The notes under the pieces: generated by a model
What the model saw: the letters and a program-made list of their open reading frames with translations, nothing else
Database searches by the model: none
What the model was told of the DNA's origin: nothing
Part shown: piece after piece, positions 47,266 to 56,266 of the stretch
Numbering within the stretch: position 1 is the stretch's first letter
Layout: the number at the start of each line of letters is the position of its first letter
Position numbers and translations under genes: made by a program
Assembly (NCBI GenBank): GCA_041641295.1
Contig: JBEPYO010000001.1
Span: forward strand, 1,344,001 to 1,408,000
Origin: Nitrososphaerota archaeon
Lineage (GTDB): Archaea; Thermoproteota; Nitrososphaeria_A; Caldarchaeales; Calditenuaceae
Direction: 5' to 3'
Length of the DNA: 64,000 bases

Positions 47266-48309
47266 TTAAAGATTTGTGGGTTGAGGAACCGTGAGACTCA
47301 GGTTGAGGATCAGGCCCTTGTCCAAGAATTCTTCCCAAGTTATCCTTCCAAGTGCCACCATGACTTCCATGGGTAGGAGGAGTGGTTTTGAGAATCGTGC
47401 CTGGTCTTCGATGCTCAGTCTGGGGCATGCCGTGTTGATGTAGGCGTCGTAGGTGAAGTCGGCTATGTTTTCCATCGTTATCTCGTCTGAGACTATTATG
47501 TTTGCCTCCCGCCCATCCTCGTTTAGAATGTTTTTGAGCTTCTGCGCGAGCCCCATCATGTATTGGCCTGGTTTCCTGCTCACGAGGATGGCTATTCGCC
47601 GCGCCTCCTTGAATCTCTGGATCAAGTAGTACCTTGTAGCTAGTATTCTCTTCGCCCTCTCATCCATCCATTCAACCTTCTGTGTGTGGGGGTCGGCCAT
47701 GAGTGTGGGTTTCTTGGAAATGAGGGCCGCTCCGAGAGCGTGAAAGACGGACCCTACAACAATGTAGCAGTCGACGATGGGCTCAATCGTCTTTAGCGAT
47801 GAGTAGTCGCATCCCAGAACTTGTCCCCTATGTGCAAGGTGGCCGCCGGGCCCACCTGCCACTACACTGAAGCCTCTAGCAGCCAGGTCTTCCATGAATT
47901 GTGTCATGTGGTTTAACCACTGGACGCTCATACCTACACCCACTTTCCTATACCCTGTCAGCGCTTTTGCTATTGGCTCGATCAGGCTTTCCAATGGCTT
48001 ATAGTCCTTGTATCGTGCCTCCACGTAGAAGACAGGAAGCTCGGTGTGGGGTAGGAATGGTGCATGGCCTATGTGGATGATGGCCTCAGCACCTACCCGC
48101 TTAGCCTCTTCAACAGCTATGTCACAGCCGCCCCAAGTGGGGCTTGACGAGATAAATGCATCAACCCCCTCACCAGAGATCAACGAACATATTTGCTCCG
48201 CCAACCCTCTGAGCCCTAGTGGCGACTGAATCAGCACCCTCCTTGGCCTTAACTTTCTCAGCCAGTCCAAGATCTCTAGGCTGTCAAACTCAACAGACAG
48301 AATAACCAC
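47266..48309 (-). CDS. dph2: 2-(3-amino-3-carboxypropyl)histidine synthase (diphthamide biosynthesis)
   Basis: QSPLGL, WGGCDI, HIGH, GQVLGCD, FHALG, KPGQ and TACPRL, including the three Fe-S Cys. Confidence 0.93.
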   Translation of the reverse strand: MVILSVEFDSLEILDWLRKLRPRRVLIQSPLGLRGLAEQICSLISGEGVDAFISSSPTWGGCDIAVEEAKRVGAEAIIHIGHAPFLPHTELPVFYVEARYKDYKPLESLIEPIAKALTGYRKVGVGMSVQWLNHMTQFMEDLAARGFSVVAGGPGGHLAHRGQVLGCDYSSLKTIEPIVDCYIVVGSVFHALGAALISKKPTLMADPHTQKVEWMDERAKRILATRYYLIQRFKEARRIAILVSRKPGQYMMGLAQKLKNILNEDGREANIIVSDEITMENIADFTYDAYINTACPRLSIEDQARFSKPLLLPMEVMVALGRITWEEFLDKGLILNLSLTVPQPTNL

Positions 48310-48319
48310 CCCTATTTTA

Positions 48320-48375
48320 GCTCAGTTAACTTCAGGGTTCTTCACGCTTTCCGCACTCGGCAAACTCATCATCGC
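48320..48375 (-). ncRNA. C/D-box sRNA with two guides matching 23S rRNA
   Basis: Minus strand: C box ATGATGA, guide GTTTGCCGAGTG, D' CGGA, spacer AAGC, C' GTGAAGA, guide ACCCTGAAGTTAA, D box CTGA. The guides are complementary to conserved 23S ACUCGGCAAA and UAACUUCGGG. Confidence 0.85.
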
Positions 48376-48433
48376 CGAAACAGAGTGTGTAGTGGCCGTT
48401 ATTATGTCTTGCTGAGGGCGGCGGAGTGTTGCG

Positions 48434-49060
48434 CTATTTTGACTGGCTCCTGACTAGGGGATGCCTGGTGGGGAGCTGTGGAAGAGTGACCAGTATTCTG
48501 TTGTATGCCGCGTATGCTGGGAGGACGCTTATGAAGATGTGTAGGATGTTGAAGATGGATGTAAAGGCCACCATGACTGCCGCCAAGGTTAGGTCGGATT
48601 CTACAGCAATCCCGATACCGCTTAGCACTCTTCTCGAGAATGGGAGGTATACGCCGGGGAAGAGGTAGTAGTATAGGATGAAGGTGGCGCCTGCCATTAT
48701 TGCCGTCCTCGAAAGTAGGGCGAGTGCAACACTGTTCAGGACCATTGACCCACCCTTGATTCGCGAGGCGGCCTCAAGGCCTAATATTGTCGCTAGGACG
48801 GCGAGGAGTTTCATTGCGGGTCCGATGAGCTGGTGAAATGGTGTCCCGAAGTTTAATGCGATCCAGTGGGCGAGTGCGGCGACTAGGCCTCCGGATATCC
48901 CGAACATGAAGTAGGCTAGGATGTCAGGTATCTCCGAGATGTCGAAGGATAGGAATGGCAGGAGAGGGTAGCGGATGTGGAGCTTCATTAGAGATAATGC
49001 GTAGGCGAGTGCCGCTAGGACCGCCACGCCTGCGACCCATTTAGTGTTTACCCGCTTCAT
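48434..49060 (-). CDS. ECF transporter S component (RibU/PanT-like)
   Basis: AVLAALAYAL, PFLSFDISEIP, GPAMK and FNIL; about 6 TMs. Confidence 0.82.
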   Translation of the reverse strand: MKRVNTKWVAGVAVLAALAYALSLMKLHIRYPLLPFLSFDISEIPDILAYFMFGISGGLVAALAHWIALNFGTPFHQLIGPAMKLLAVLATILGLEAASRIKGGSMVLNSVALALLSRTAIMAGATFILYYYLFPGVYLPFSRRVLSGIGIAVESDLTLAAVMVAFTSIFNILHIFISVLPAYAAYNRILVTLPQLPTRHPLVRSQSK

Positions 49061-49152
49061 GGCGTATTGTATAGGTATGTATGAGTTTAATAAATTTGAA
49101 TCTTATTTCCATTTTTCTTGACTACTAAATCACCAAAAAATGTACACTAATA

Positions 49153-49455
49153 TCACTCACTCGCGATAATTCCCATTGAGGCCAGTGTTTGGAAGAGTGC
49201 CATTATGTCCAAGCCCTTCCTCAAAGCTACAACCCTGCTACGACCCACCTCATAGACAGTAACGAGGCCTGCCCTCCGGAGTATTGTAATGTGCCTGTAA
49301 ACTGCCGAGTATCTCTTCTTTAAAAGCCGCGCATATGCCTTGATGTGGAGGGGCCTGTCGTTCTGACTTGCGATTAGGAGGATCTTGAGCCTCGTCTCAT
49401 TTCCTAAGGCATTGAAGATGCTGCTTAGCTCTGTAATCTTTTGTTCCGAAATCAT
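49153..49455 (-). CDS. ArsR family transcriptional regulator
   Basis: IFNALGNETRLKIL...SAVYRHITILRRAGLV...GR. Confidence 0.88.
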   Translation of the reverse strand: MISEQKITELSSIFNALGNETRLKILLIASQNDRPLHIKAYARLLKKRYSAVYRHITILRRAGLVTVYEVGRSRVVALRKGLDIMALFQTLASMGIIASE

Positions 49456-49511
49456 GCCAATAATAAGCCATTTTGGTGTTTATATTGATTCAACTCTGCT
49501 ATACGCATTTA

Positions 49512-49525
49512 TGAGTATTTACTCA
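49512..49525. promoter_or_regulatory. Palindromic operator candidate TGAGTA-TT-TACTCA
   Basis: Perfect 6-2-6 inverted repeat directly upstream of TATATATT, in the region divergent from the ArsR gene. Confidence 0.55.
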
Positions 49526-49562
49526 CTATATATTACGTGAGGTACTATGTGGAATAGTTGAT

Positions 49563-49769
49563 TTGAGGACTGGTTCTAAAAGTTGGTGCCTTAAGATAGG
49601 GGTCGTCTTTTTGGTATTGGTGGCCTTTGGCGGGATGGCCTTTACACTGGGGCTTTTAAGGCTCAGCTTTCCACTTTCAACCCTCTCCTATCTTAAATTT
49701 GACCTCGCCGAGATACCCCCCATTATCGCCGTACTGATGTTCGGTAAGGCGTTTTGGTTTTCATATTGA
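49563..49769 (+). pseudogene. Truncated ECF S-component copy (5' fragment)
   Basis: 68 aa matching only the N-terminus of 49844-50494 (AFTLGLL.LSFP....YLKFDLAEIP..IA.LMFG), then running into the duplicated promoter. Confidence 0.8.
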
Positions 49770-49792
49770 CTTAACTCGATGATACACGTTCG

Positions 49793-49806
49793 CGAGTATT
49801 TACTCA
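49793..49806. promoter_or_regulatory. Second operator copy cGAGTA-TT-TACTCA
   Basis: 13/14 match to 49512-49525, again abutting a TATA-like TAATATATT. Confidence 0.55.
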
Positions 49807-49843
49807 TAATATATTAGCTGAGAAATTGTGCGGAGTGGTCGGG

Positions 49844-50494
49844 TTGAGGAAGGGTCCTAAAAGTAGGAGCCTTATGATAGGGGCAGTCTTTGGCGGTTTG
49901 GCGTTCACGCTAGGCCTTCTGCCACTCAGCTTTCCGTTTCCACCCCTCCCCTACCTTAAATTTGACCTCGCCGAGATCCCCTCCTTCATCGCCATATTGA
50001 TGTTCGGCCCCGCGGTCGGCTTTATCTCAGCTACAAGCCACTTCCTCGCACTGCTCATGTTCGGTGAATGGACACCAATCGGCCCTTTAATGAAGTATCT
50101 GGCGGTCTCATCTAGTCTGTTAGGATTCTGGGCAGCCGCGCGCATTACGACGGGTATGGGGACGAGGGTTTGCTCTGTTTCACTGGCATTATTCGGGGCG
50201 GGTGCGAGGATTATCGTAATGGCTATGGCTAACTACGTGTTACTTACGGCTTTCTTCCCCTTCTTTCTCGACCTCGGCGCCAAATACCTTTCAAGCTTCA
50301 TGGGACTCTCATTAACTACGGAGGGCGAGAAGCTCTTCTTCGTGCTATTGTTCACAGCCATCTATAATGCTCTCCACATCCCCTTCTCCATGATCCCCGC
50401 TCTTCTCCTCACACGCTCCCTAGCACCGATCTCTCCCCGACTGGGCTCCCCGTCACCTTGGATTGTCGTTGTGGCCCAGAGCAAAAAAAGTTGA
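49844..50494 (+). CDS. ECF transporter S component (RibU/PanT-like)
   Basis: FPPLPYLKFDLAEIP, FGPAVG, IGPLMK and IYNALH; start set at TTG 49844 by alignment with the duplicate (ORF track gives 49826). Confidence 0.85.
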   Translation: MRKGPKSRSLMIGAVFGGLAFTLGLLPLSFPFPPLPYLKFDLAEIPSFIAILMFGPAVGFISATSHFLALLMFGEWTPIGPLMKYLAVSSSLLGFWAAARITTGMGTRVCSVSLALFGAGARIIVMAMANYVLLTAFFPFFLDLGAKYLSSFMGLSLTTEGEKLFFVLLFTAIYNALHIPFSMIPALLLTRSLAPISPRLGSPSPWIVVVAQSKKS

Positions 50495-50514
50495 GGGCGA
50501 GTCGGTTAGATATG

Positions 50515-51231
50515 CTACATGACGCCGGGGGTGCGGCCGCGTCTATACATTCTCTCTAACGCCCTAGCTGCCCTTATACGGTCTATCTCTTCGTCAAGCT
50601 GTGTGTAGTCGAGTGTGATGCCGAGTATCCTCGATAATACCTCGAGTACGGCCTTGGCGGCTGCGGGCTGCCTGATGTGTGGATCATTGATCTCGCCTAG
50701 CAGGCATGCACCCGTCAGACCGCGCTCCCGAGCAATACCTAGTAATAGGCCGTTGAAGCCCGTAATGTATCCCTCAGACTCTAGAGGCGTCGTGCCGTAA
50801 CTCCTTAGCTTCTCATCCATCGCGTCTGTCAGGGCTGCGTGAAAGACTCTTGGATGCTCTGTGAGTGCGTCTTCGTAGTGTGCCGCGCCAATCGTGTAAA
50901 CCTCCTCGACACCCGCCTGCTGCGCAATGTCCAGAACATTCTCGCAGAGCTCATATAGGAGGCTCGGCTCTGAGGGCTGATGCGTCCCAGTCATAGCGAT
51001 GAAGTTCAGTCCATCTCTAAAAAACAGCGTGTATTTCCCCCTCTCAAACTCTATGATCCCTTGTCTGTGAGTGACGAATGGTGGCCAAGTGTCAATACAT
51101 GTGGCGAATGGCTCAAGGCGCAGCTCACGTATCAGGTGCTCCATAGCTATTCCAGCTACATTGCCCATGTCGGGCAGCCCTGCCACTAGCTTGCTGACCC
51201 TCGTCGGAATTTGCGTAACTCTAAACTTCAT
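50515..51231 (-). CDS. PAC2 family proteasome assembly chaperone-like protein
   Basis: AGLPDMGNVAGIA, GTHQP, YTIGA, ITGFNGLLLG, CLLGE and AAAKAVL. Confidence 0.88.
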   Translation of the reverse strand: MKFRVTQIPTRVSKLVAGLPDMGNVAGIAMEHLIRELRLEPFATCIDTWPPFVTHRQGIIEFERGKYTLFFRDGLNFIAMTGTHQPSEPSLLYELCENVLDIAQQAGVEEVYTIGAAHYEDALTEHPRVFHAALTDAMDEKLRSYGTTPLESEGYITGFNGLLLGIARERGLTGACLLGEINDPHIRQPAAAKAVLEVLSRILGITLDYTQLDEEIDRIRAARALERMYRRGRTPGVM

Positions 51232-51329
51232 GTCAATAAGAATAGCCAGCCGGGATAAAAGGGTTGAACTATATCTTAATTCTTATTCGCAAGGAGGCCG
51301 AGAATGTATAGATACTAGTCGACAGCTGG

Positions 51330-51764
51330 TTGGTGGGGGAGATGATAAGGATACCGCGCAAAGTGATTGACGAGCTGTATAATGATGTCTCGAGACGATA
51401 TCCTGAAGAGGCATGCGGACTCTTGGTAGGAAGACTCGACTCGGGTGTTAGAGTGGTAGGATATCTCGTTCCTGTGAAAAACTCCTACATCGGTGAGAAG
51501 AATAGGCGTTATCTGATTGACCCGCTCGAGTATATGCGGGTTGAGGATGAGGCTGCGTCGAAGGGTGAGATGGTGGTGGGGGTTTATCACAGCCACCCTG
51601 ACGCGCCAGCTATCCCGAGCAATTTTGACCATCTCAACGCCGTGCCTTTCCTGAGCTATGTAATTTTATCCGTTAGCCGTGGGAGGGTTGTTGAGATCTC
51701 TGCGTGGTTTCTGAACGAAGTGACTTGGAAGCTTGAGCGCGACTTGTTAGAAGTGGTGGAGTAG
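51330..51764 (+). CDS. JAMM/MPN+ (M67) metalloisopeptidase
   Basis: YPEEACGLLVG and YHSHPDAPAIPSNFD (E-HxH-S-D). Confidence 0.92.
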   Translation: MVGEMIRIPRKVIDELYNDVSRRYPEEACGLLVGRLDSGVRVVGYLVPVKNSYIGEKNRRYLIDPLEYMRVEDEAASKGEMVVGVYHSHPDAPAIPSNFDHLNAVPFLSYVILSVSRGRVVEISAWFLNEVTWKLERDLLEVVE

Positions 51765-51795
51765 CAGCGCCTATCTTTAGACCAGACAGTTCATC

Positions 51796-52623
51796 TCAAA
51801 CTACTCTATAATCTATGTATCCGCGCCGCCTGCCAATCCTCTCTGAATATGCGTATACCGCAAGCCCTGCCAGAAACCATACAGCCCCCAGCAGAGCGGC
51901 GGCCAGTATCTCGGCTGGGTAGAGGCTTAGGGGCCCGATAAGTGCGGCTCTTGCTGCCCTTATTATGTGTGTGAAGGGCAGAGACTCTGCTATGACCGGT
52001 AGTGGTGAGGGTAGGGCTGAAGACGGGAAGATCGCCTCGGAGAATATCATAAGAGTCCCGGAGATGTAGACAGGCAGGCCCCACTCAAGTCTCGTCACGA
52101 ATATTGCATAGGCTGCCAGCATCAGTCCGAGCCCTAGAGCTGCTAGGAGTCCCACAACCATCCCTAGGGAGAAGAGGGCTATGCTGAGGGGTGTTATGTC
52201 CAGTCCTAGTGTAACCCCCAGTATAGCCTTTACAGCAAGGGTTGAGGCTCCCAAGGCTAGGACTGCAGTGAAGGAAGACTCGATAAACGATGCGACCACC
52301 CTACCAGCAATATAGGATAGAGAGGAGTGCGAGATGAAGACGAGCGGAAAGGTGTATGATGCCTTCCCCTCTGATACGGCGGAGAGGGGTGCCCAGATGT
52401 AGGAGGCGAAGTGTGTGTAGAGTGATGCACCCACTATGAGAAATGCTAGCCAGCTGGGGTCAGCTCTGCCAGCCGCGCTCGCCCCCACCCAGTAAACCAT
52501 CACAGCCGTCAACACGCCTGCAGTCGCCGGAATCATGCTAAGCAAGATTACGAGCGGTGGAAATGTCCATCCAAACTCCCTCTCAAGGCCGAGCATAATG
52601 GAGGCCAATAGCTTCCTGATCAT
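51796..52623 (-). CDS. ABC-2 type exporter permease
   Basis: About 6 TMs; FSEAIFPSSALP and LPFTHIIRAAR; start at ATG 52623 (ATGA overlap). Confidence 0.85.
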   Translation of the reverse strand: MIRKLLASIMLGLEREFGWTFPPLVILLSMIPATAGVLTAVMVYWVGASAAGRADPSWLAFLIVGASLYTHFASYIWAPLSAVSEGKASYTFPLVFISHSSLSYIAGRVVASFIESSFTAVLALGASTLAVKAILGVTLGLDITPLSIALFSLGMVVGLLAALGLGLMLAAYAIFVTRLEWGLPVYISGTLMIFSEAIFPSSALPSPLPVIAESLPFTHIIRAARAALIGPLSLYPAEILAAALLGAVWFLAGLAVYAYSERIGRRRGYIDYRVV

Positions 52624-53471
52624 TTCATGGCCACCAGTATGTCCCCTGTCTCGCGCCCTCTTCTCTCGATAAAGCTCAGAGTTCTTAACCCGATGAGGAT
52701 CGAGGCAGCAGCCATAGCTGCTAGTGCTGCTATGTTGGGCCACAGTTCTGCCAGCCCCTCAGCATAGAACAGGGTTCTGCGCAGGGCGTCCATGCCAAGT
52801 GTTAGTGGTATGAGGGAGGCTACAGCTTGAACGGCGAGTGGCAGGGGTGAGAGACGCCCTATTGAGGGGAAGTAGATGCCTGAGAGGAATGAGATGGGCT
52901 CGTAGAGTGCCTCGTTAATCTCCTCCGACTCCCTTCCAAGTATGAGATATAGTGATGAGAGGGCTATACCCATGCCGTATAGAGCTAACAGAGTAAGCAT
53001 GAAGACCAGTGCTACGGTCATAGTGGGGGGTGAGAAGGGCGGCTTGAAGAGTAGGGTCCCGATCACTAGGACGGCTACTGAGCTTGGCAGGGTTCCAAGT
53101 ATTCCTCCCAGCGACATGCCTATGAGTAGCGCTGTGAGGGGCGCAGGAGAGGCGATGTATAGATAGAGCATCCCAGACCTCTTATCCCAGTTGAGCTGTG
53201 AAGCCATAGACCACAATACGTTCCCCCAATACGCAACCATCCCTCCACCCAGTATTGCGAATCCTGTTAGATTCGAGAGGCCGGCTAACCTGTAGAGAAA
53301 TGCTAGGGCGAGGGAGGTAAGCATAGGGCCTCCCACATTCACTACTATCCAGAGCGGGTCTCCATACATCGCTATAACCCTGATGAGTGCGCGGGAGACG
53401 GCCGCCTTAACCCAGATCACGAGACTACGCCTCAACACTCCTCTCCCTCTCAGCGAAGCCCGCCCCAACAA
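52620..53471 (-). CDS. ABC-2 type exporter permease
   Basis: WDKRSGML, LSGIYFP and IPLTLGMDALR; the true start is probably slightly downstream. Confidence 0.87.
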   Translation of the reverse strand: MLGRASLRGRGVLRRSLVIWVKAAVSRALIRVIAMYGDPLWIVVNVGGPMLTSLALAFLYRLAGLSNLTGFAILGGGMVAYWGNVLWSMASQLNWDKRSGMLYLYIASPAPLTALLIGMSLGGILGTLPSSVAVLVIGTLLFKPPFSPPTMTVALVFMLTLLALYGMGIALSSLYLILGRESEEINEALYEPISFLSGIYFPSIGRLSPLPLAVQAVASLIPLTLGMDALRRTLFYAEGLAELWPNIAALAAMAAASILIGLRTLSFIERRGRETGDILVAMK

Positions 53472-54435
53472 GGCTTATGAAGACATCCTCTAAGGTAGGC
53501 TCAATCCTCTGATAATTGAAAACCCTGATTCCCCGCTTCTCCAGCAGTTGTAGAACCCTCTCCAGATAATCCTCATCCCTAAGGATCACACGTATCTTCG
53601 CCGCCTCACTCTCATTATCCACTTTTATGGTGCCGCCAACAACGCCCTCTAGCTGTGTCGGATCACCAATCGAGGCTCCAGCAATATCGGTCTCAAACAG
53701 GACTACAGGCTTACTCAGTGAGGACTTCAGATTCTCGGGGGAATCAATGGCTAGGATCCTCCCTCTATCAATGATCGCTACGCGGTCGCAGACTTCCTCC
53801 GCCTCGAACATGTTGTGGGTGGCTAGAAAAATGGTGCGAGAGTTTGTCTTGGCCTCTTTGACAAACAGCTCGCGGACCTTTTTTGCTGAGAAGACATCCA
53901 TGCCGTTTGTAGGCTCGTCGAAAAAGACTACTTGGGGGTCGTTGATGAAGGCTCGCGCAATGTTAAGTCTCTGTCTGTAGCCTGTGGTTAGTGTGTAGAG
54001 CTTGCGGTCAAGCTGGTCTTGGAACTCTAGTAGTGTGGCAAGCTCCTCGATACGTCTCTTCGCCTCGCTCGTCGGGGTCCCGTACAGCTGTGAAAAAAAC
54101 CAGAGGTTCCTCCTCGCAGTTACGAAGTCAAATCCCACCCGCTCTGAGCTGCTACTAAACCCTATTATGGACCTGACCTTCTTAGCCTCTTTAACAACGT
54201 CGAACCCCCCTACCAAGGCCCTGCCACTGGTGGGGAGTAGAAGTGTTGTAAGTATCCTGATGAGGGTGGTTTTACCCGCGCCGTTGGGGCCTAACAGTCC
54301 AAACACCTCACCTATCTGAACCTCAAAACTTACATTATCTAACGCTACGAGCCTCTTCGACTTTGTCTCAAAAACTCTTGTAAGATTTTCAGCCACTACA
54401 TTAGCCAATCCTGTGAAAGAACTACCAGTTGGCAA
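53425..54435 (-). CDS. ABC exporter ATPase (DrrA-like)
   Basis: GPNGAGKTT, FFDEPTNGMD, ATHNM and C-terminal PTLEDVF. Confidence 0.92.
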   Translation of the reverse strand: MPTGSSFTGLANVVAENLTRVFETKSKRLVALDNVSFEVQIGEVFGLLGPNGAGKTTLIRILTTLLLPTSGRALVGGFDVVKEAKKVRSIIGFSSSSERVGFDFVTARRNLWFFSQLYGTPTSEAKRRIEELATLLEFQDQLDRKLYTLTTGYRQRLNIARAFINDPQVVFFDEPTNGMDVFSAKKVRELFVKEAKTNSRTIFLATHNMFEAEEVCDRVAIIDRGRILAIDSPENLKSSLSKPVVLFETDIAGASIGDPTQLEGVVGGTIKVDNESEAAKIRVILRDEDYLERVLQLLEKRGIRVFNYQRIEPTLEDVFISLVGAGFAERERSVEA

Positions 54436-54447
54436 TATTAAACCTAT

Positions 54448-55551
54448 TCAAACGGCCTCGTGTTTCCTAGCCCACTCCAGAAGCCTCATCACCATCTCCT
54501 CACTAATAGAGGGCTTCCGCTTCTCAATCGCAGCGATGAAATCCCTCATCGATATTTTCCGCGGCTCATCTAGCTTGTTCTCGAACATCTCCCTTATGGT
54601 TGTCAAGTGGGCGTCGAGGCAGATATTGTAGAGGTCGGCAGGCGAGTAGTTGGCAGTCATCTCGGCCAGAGCCTCTAGGTCAACATCCTCCGCCAGCCTG
54701 AGGTGGGCTGTATAGTGTTTCAAAATGTTCAGCCTAGTCTCGCGGTCTGGAGGTCCGACGTAGATCCTTTTCTGGAACCGTCTTATGAACGCCTCATCGA
54801 GAAGCCAAGGCTTGTTTGTAGCCGCTATAACGTAGAGGTACTCCTTCTTGTTCTTATTGGCAAGCCCATCCATCTCTTTAAGGAGCTGATTCCTAGCACG
54901 CGCCTCACCACCCACCTCCAAGTATCTCTGCGCGGTAAGCGAGTCGGCCTCATCTATGAAAATAATGACAGGCTTCCCTTTCGAGATATCCTGCCTAGCT
55001 TTTGAGAAGAGTGCCGCTATGTTTTTCTCACTCTCTCCAAGCCATTTTGACAGGACCGTTGCCGCATCCAGTGTATAGAGTGTTGCATTTACTTCGCTCG
55101 CAGTGGCTGCCACTAGAAGGGTCTTTCCACATCCAGGCGGTCCGAAAAGAAGTATCCCGGTCGGCCAGCCCAGTGGGAATAGGTCAGGCCTCATCCATGG
55201 ATAAACTATGGCCTCGCGGATGACTCTCTTAGCATCCTCCAAGCCGATAACATCACTCCACTTTACATTGCTCTCCACCGGATCCATTCGTGGCTCTTCC
55301 TTAGACGCGGCCTGCCTAACCACCGTTCTGGCTGGTGTCTCATCGCTCAGCTCGTTCAGCCGGTCGAGGTATTGCCTCATCCTCTCCCGGTAGACCTCGT
55401 GTAGGACTGGGCTCTGGGTTAGGCTGATAAGCCTGCTCAGAATCTGTATCGCTTCCTTATAGCGTGCTATGGCCGCCTCCCTAGACCCCTGTCTATCAAG
55501 CTTCACCGCTTCCTTAGCCTTTTCTATAGCAATTCTCTCCAGCTCGCTCAA
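54448..55551 (-). CDS. cdvC: MIT-domain AAA+ ATPase, Vps4/CdvC
   Basis: MIT domain (AKEAVKLDRQG...AIARYKEAIQIL), WSDVIGLE, GPPGCGKT, SKWLGESEK, FIDEAD and ATNKPW.LD.AF.RRF. Confidence 0.88.
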   Translation of the reverse strand: MSELERIAIEKAKEAVKLDRQGSREAAIARYKEAIQILSRLISLTQSPVLHEVYRERMRQYLDRLNELSDETPARTVVRQAASKEEPRMDPVESNVKWSDVIGLEDAKRVIREAIVYPWMRPDLFPLGWPTGILLFGPPGCGKTLLVAATASEVNATLYTLDAATVLSKWLGESEKNIAALFSKARQDISKGKPVIIFIDEADSLTAQRYLEVGGEARARNQLLKEMDGLANKNKKEYLYVIAATNKPWLLDEAFIRRFQKRIYVGPPDRETRLNILKHYTAHLRLAEDVDLEALAEMTANYSPADLYNICLDAHLTTIREMFENKLDEPRKISMRDFIAAIEKRKPSISEEMVMRLLEWARKHEAV

Positions 55552-55598
55552 GCCTCGAGGCGTGCTCTAACCTTTAATTTTGTTTTAAGAGGTTTCCA

Positions 55599-55626
55599 CC
55601 TATAGCGAGGCGGATGAGGCTATAGG
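55599..55626. repeat. Inverted repeat CCTATAGC-N12-GCTATAGG (possible terminator or operator)
   Basis: Perfect 8-bp arms between the Lrp stop and the cdvC promoter region; function unknown. Confidence 0.4.
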
Positions 55627-55654
55627 GAATACCCCAAAAATATCTGGGAATTCT

Positions 55655-56110
55655 TCAAGGAACTTCCTTAGCCGTGTGGAAGACGAAGCACGTCTCAGTC
55701 TTGGCGACGTTTTTTATGCTTCGTATCTTATCAATCACCAGTCTTCCAACATCTTCAGTAGAGGGCGCCCTAACCTTGATCAGCATATCCCACTGCCCAC
55801 TTATCAGATGGACCTCATAGACATGCTCCATCTCCGCTATCATGGCCGCAAGATCTCTCTGTGAAATGTCCATCACCGGGGAGAAGGAGACTAGAAGGAA
55901 AGCGGTGGTGGGCAGGCCTAGGCGCGAGTAGTCTGGGATAGCAGCTATCCGCTTAATTATCCCCTTCGCAGTAATCCTCCTAAACCGCTCCTGCAGAGTG
56001 GTCCTAGGAACACCAAGCTCTCTGGAGAGCTCGGTGAAGCTTTTCTTAGCATCCTTCATCAGCGCCCGGATAATCTCAAGGTCTTTCTCATCTAACGCCG
56101 TCTCCACCAT
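55655..56110 (-). CDS. Lrp/AsnC family transcriptional regulator
   Basis: LDEKDLEII...ELSRELGV...GII...DYSRLG...ISGQWD; start at ATG 56110. Confidence 0.92.
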   Translation of the reverse strand: MVETALDEKDLEIIRALMKDAKKSFTELSRELGVPRTTLQERFRRITAKGIIKRIAAIPDYSRLGLPTTAFLLVSFSPVMDISQRDLAAMIAEMEHVYEVHLISGQWDMLIKVRAPSTEDVGRLVIDKIRSIKNVAKTETCFVFHTAKEVP

Positions 56111-56266
56111 ACAACGTCTATATGACTGCAGGTTATATAAGCTTAATCGTCCAAAACCACCTATGTGTTGGCAGCGTGGCAGCATTATTAGCGAGGCTCC
56201 TCCAAAAATCTTGTCTGCTGCTGTTAATCGACAGTTGTAGACTATTGGTTCAACACTTTTATACGG

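Larger units (their letters stand above)
49464..50007 (+). repeat. Diverged head-to-tail tandem duplication (281-bp unit 49464-49744; 263-bp unit 49745-50007)
   Basis: Aligned blocks include taag-c-ttttggt, gagtatttactca, ctaaaagt, gataggg, ctcagctttcc, cttaaatttgacctcgccgagat and atgttcgg. The 18-bp length difference equals an in-frame LVLVAF insertion. Confidence 0.9.
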
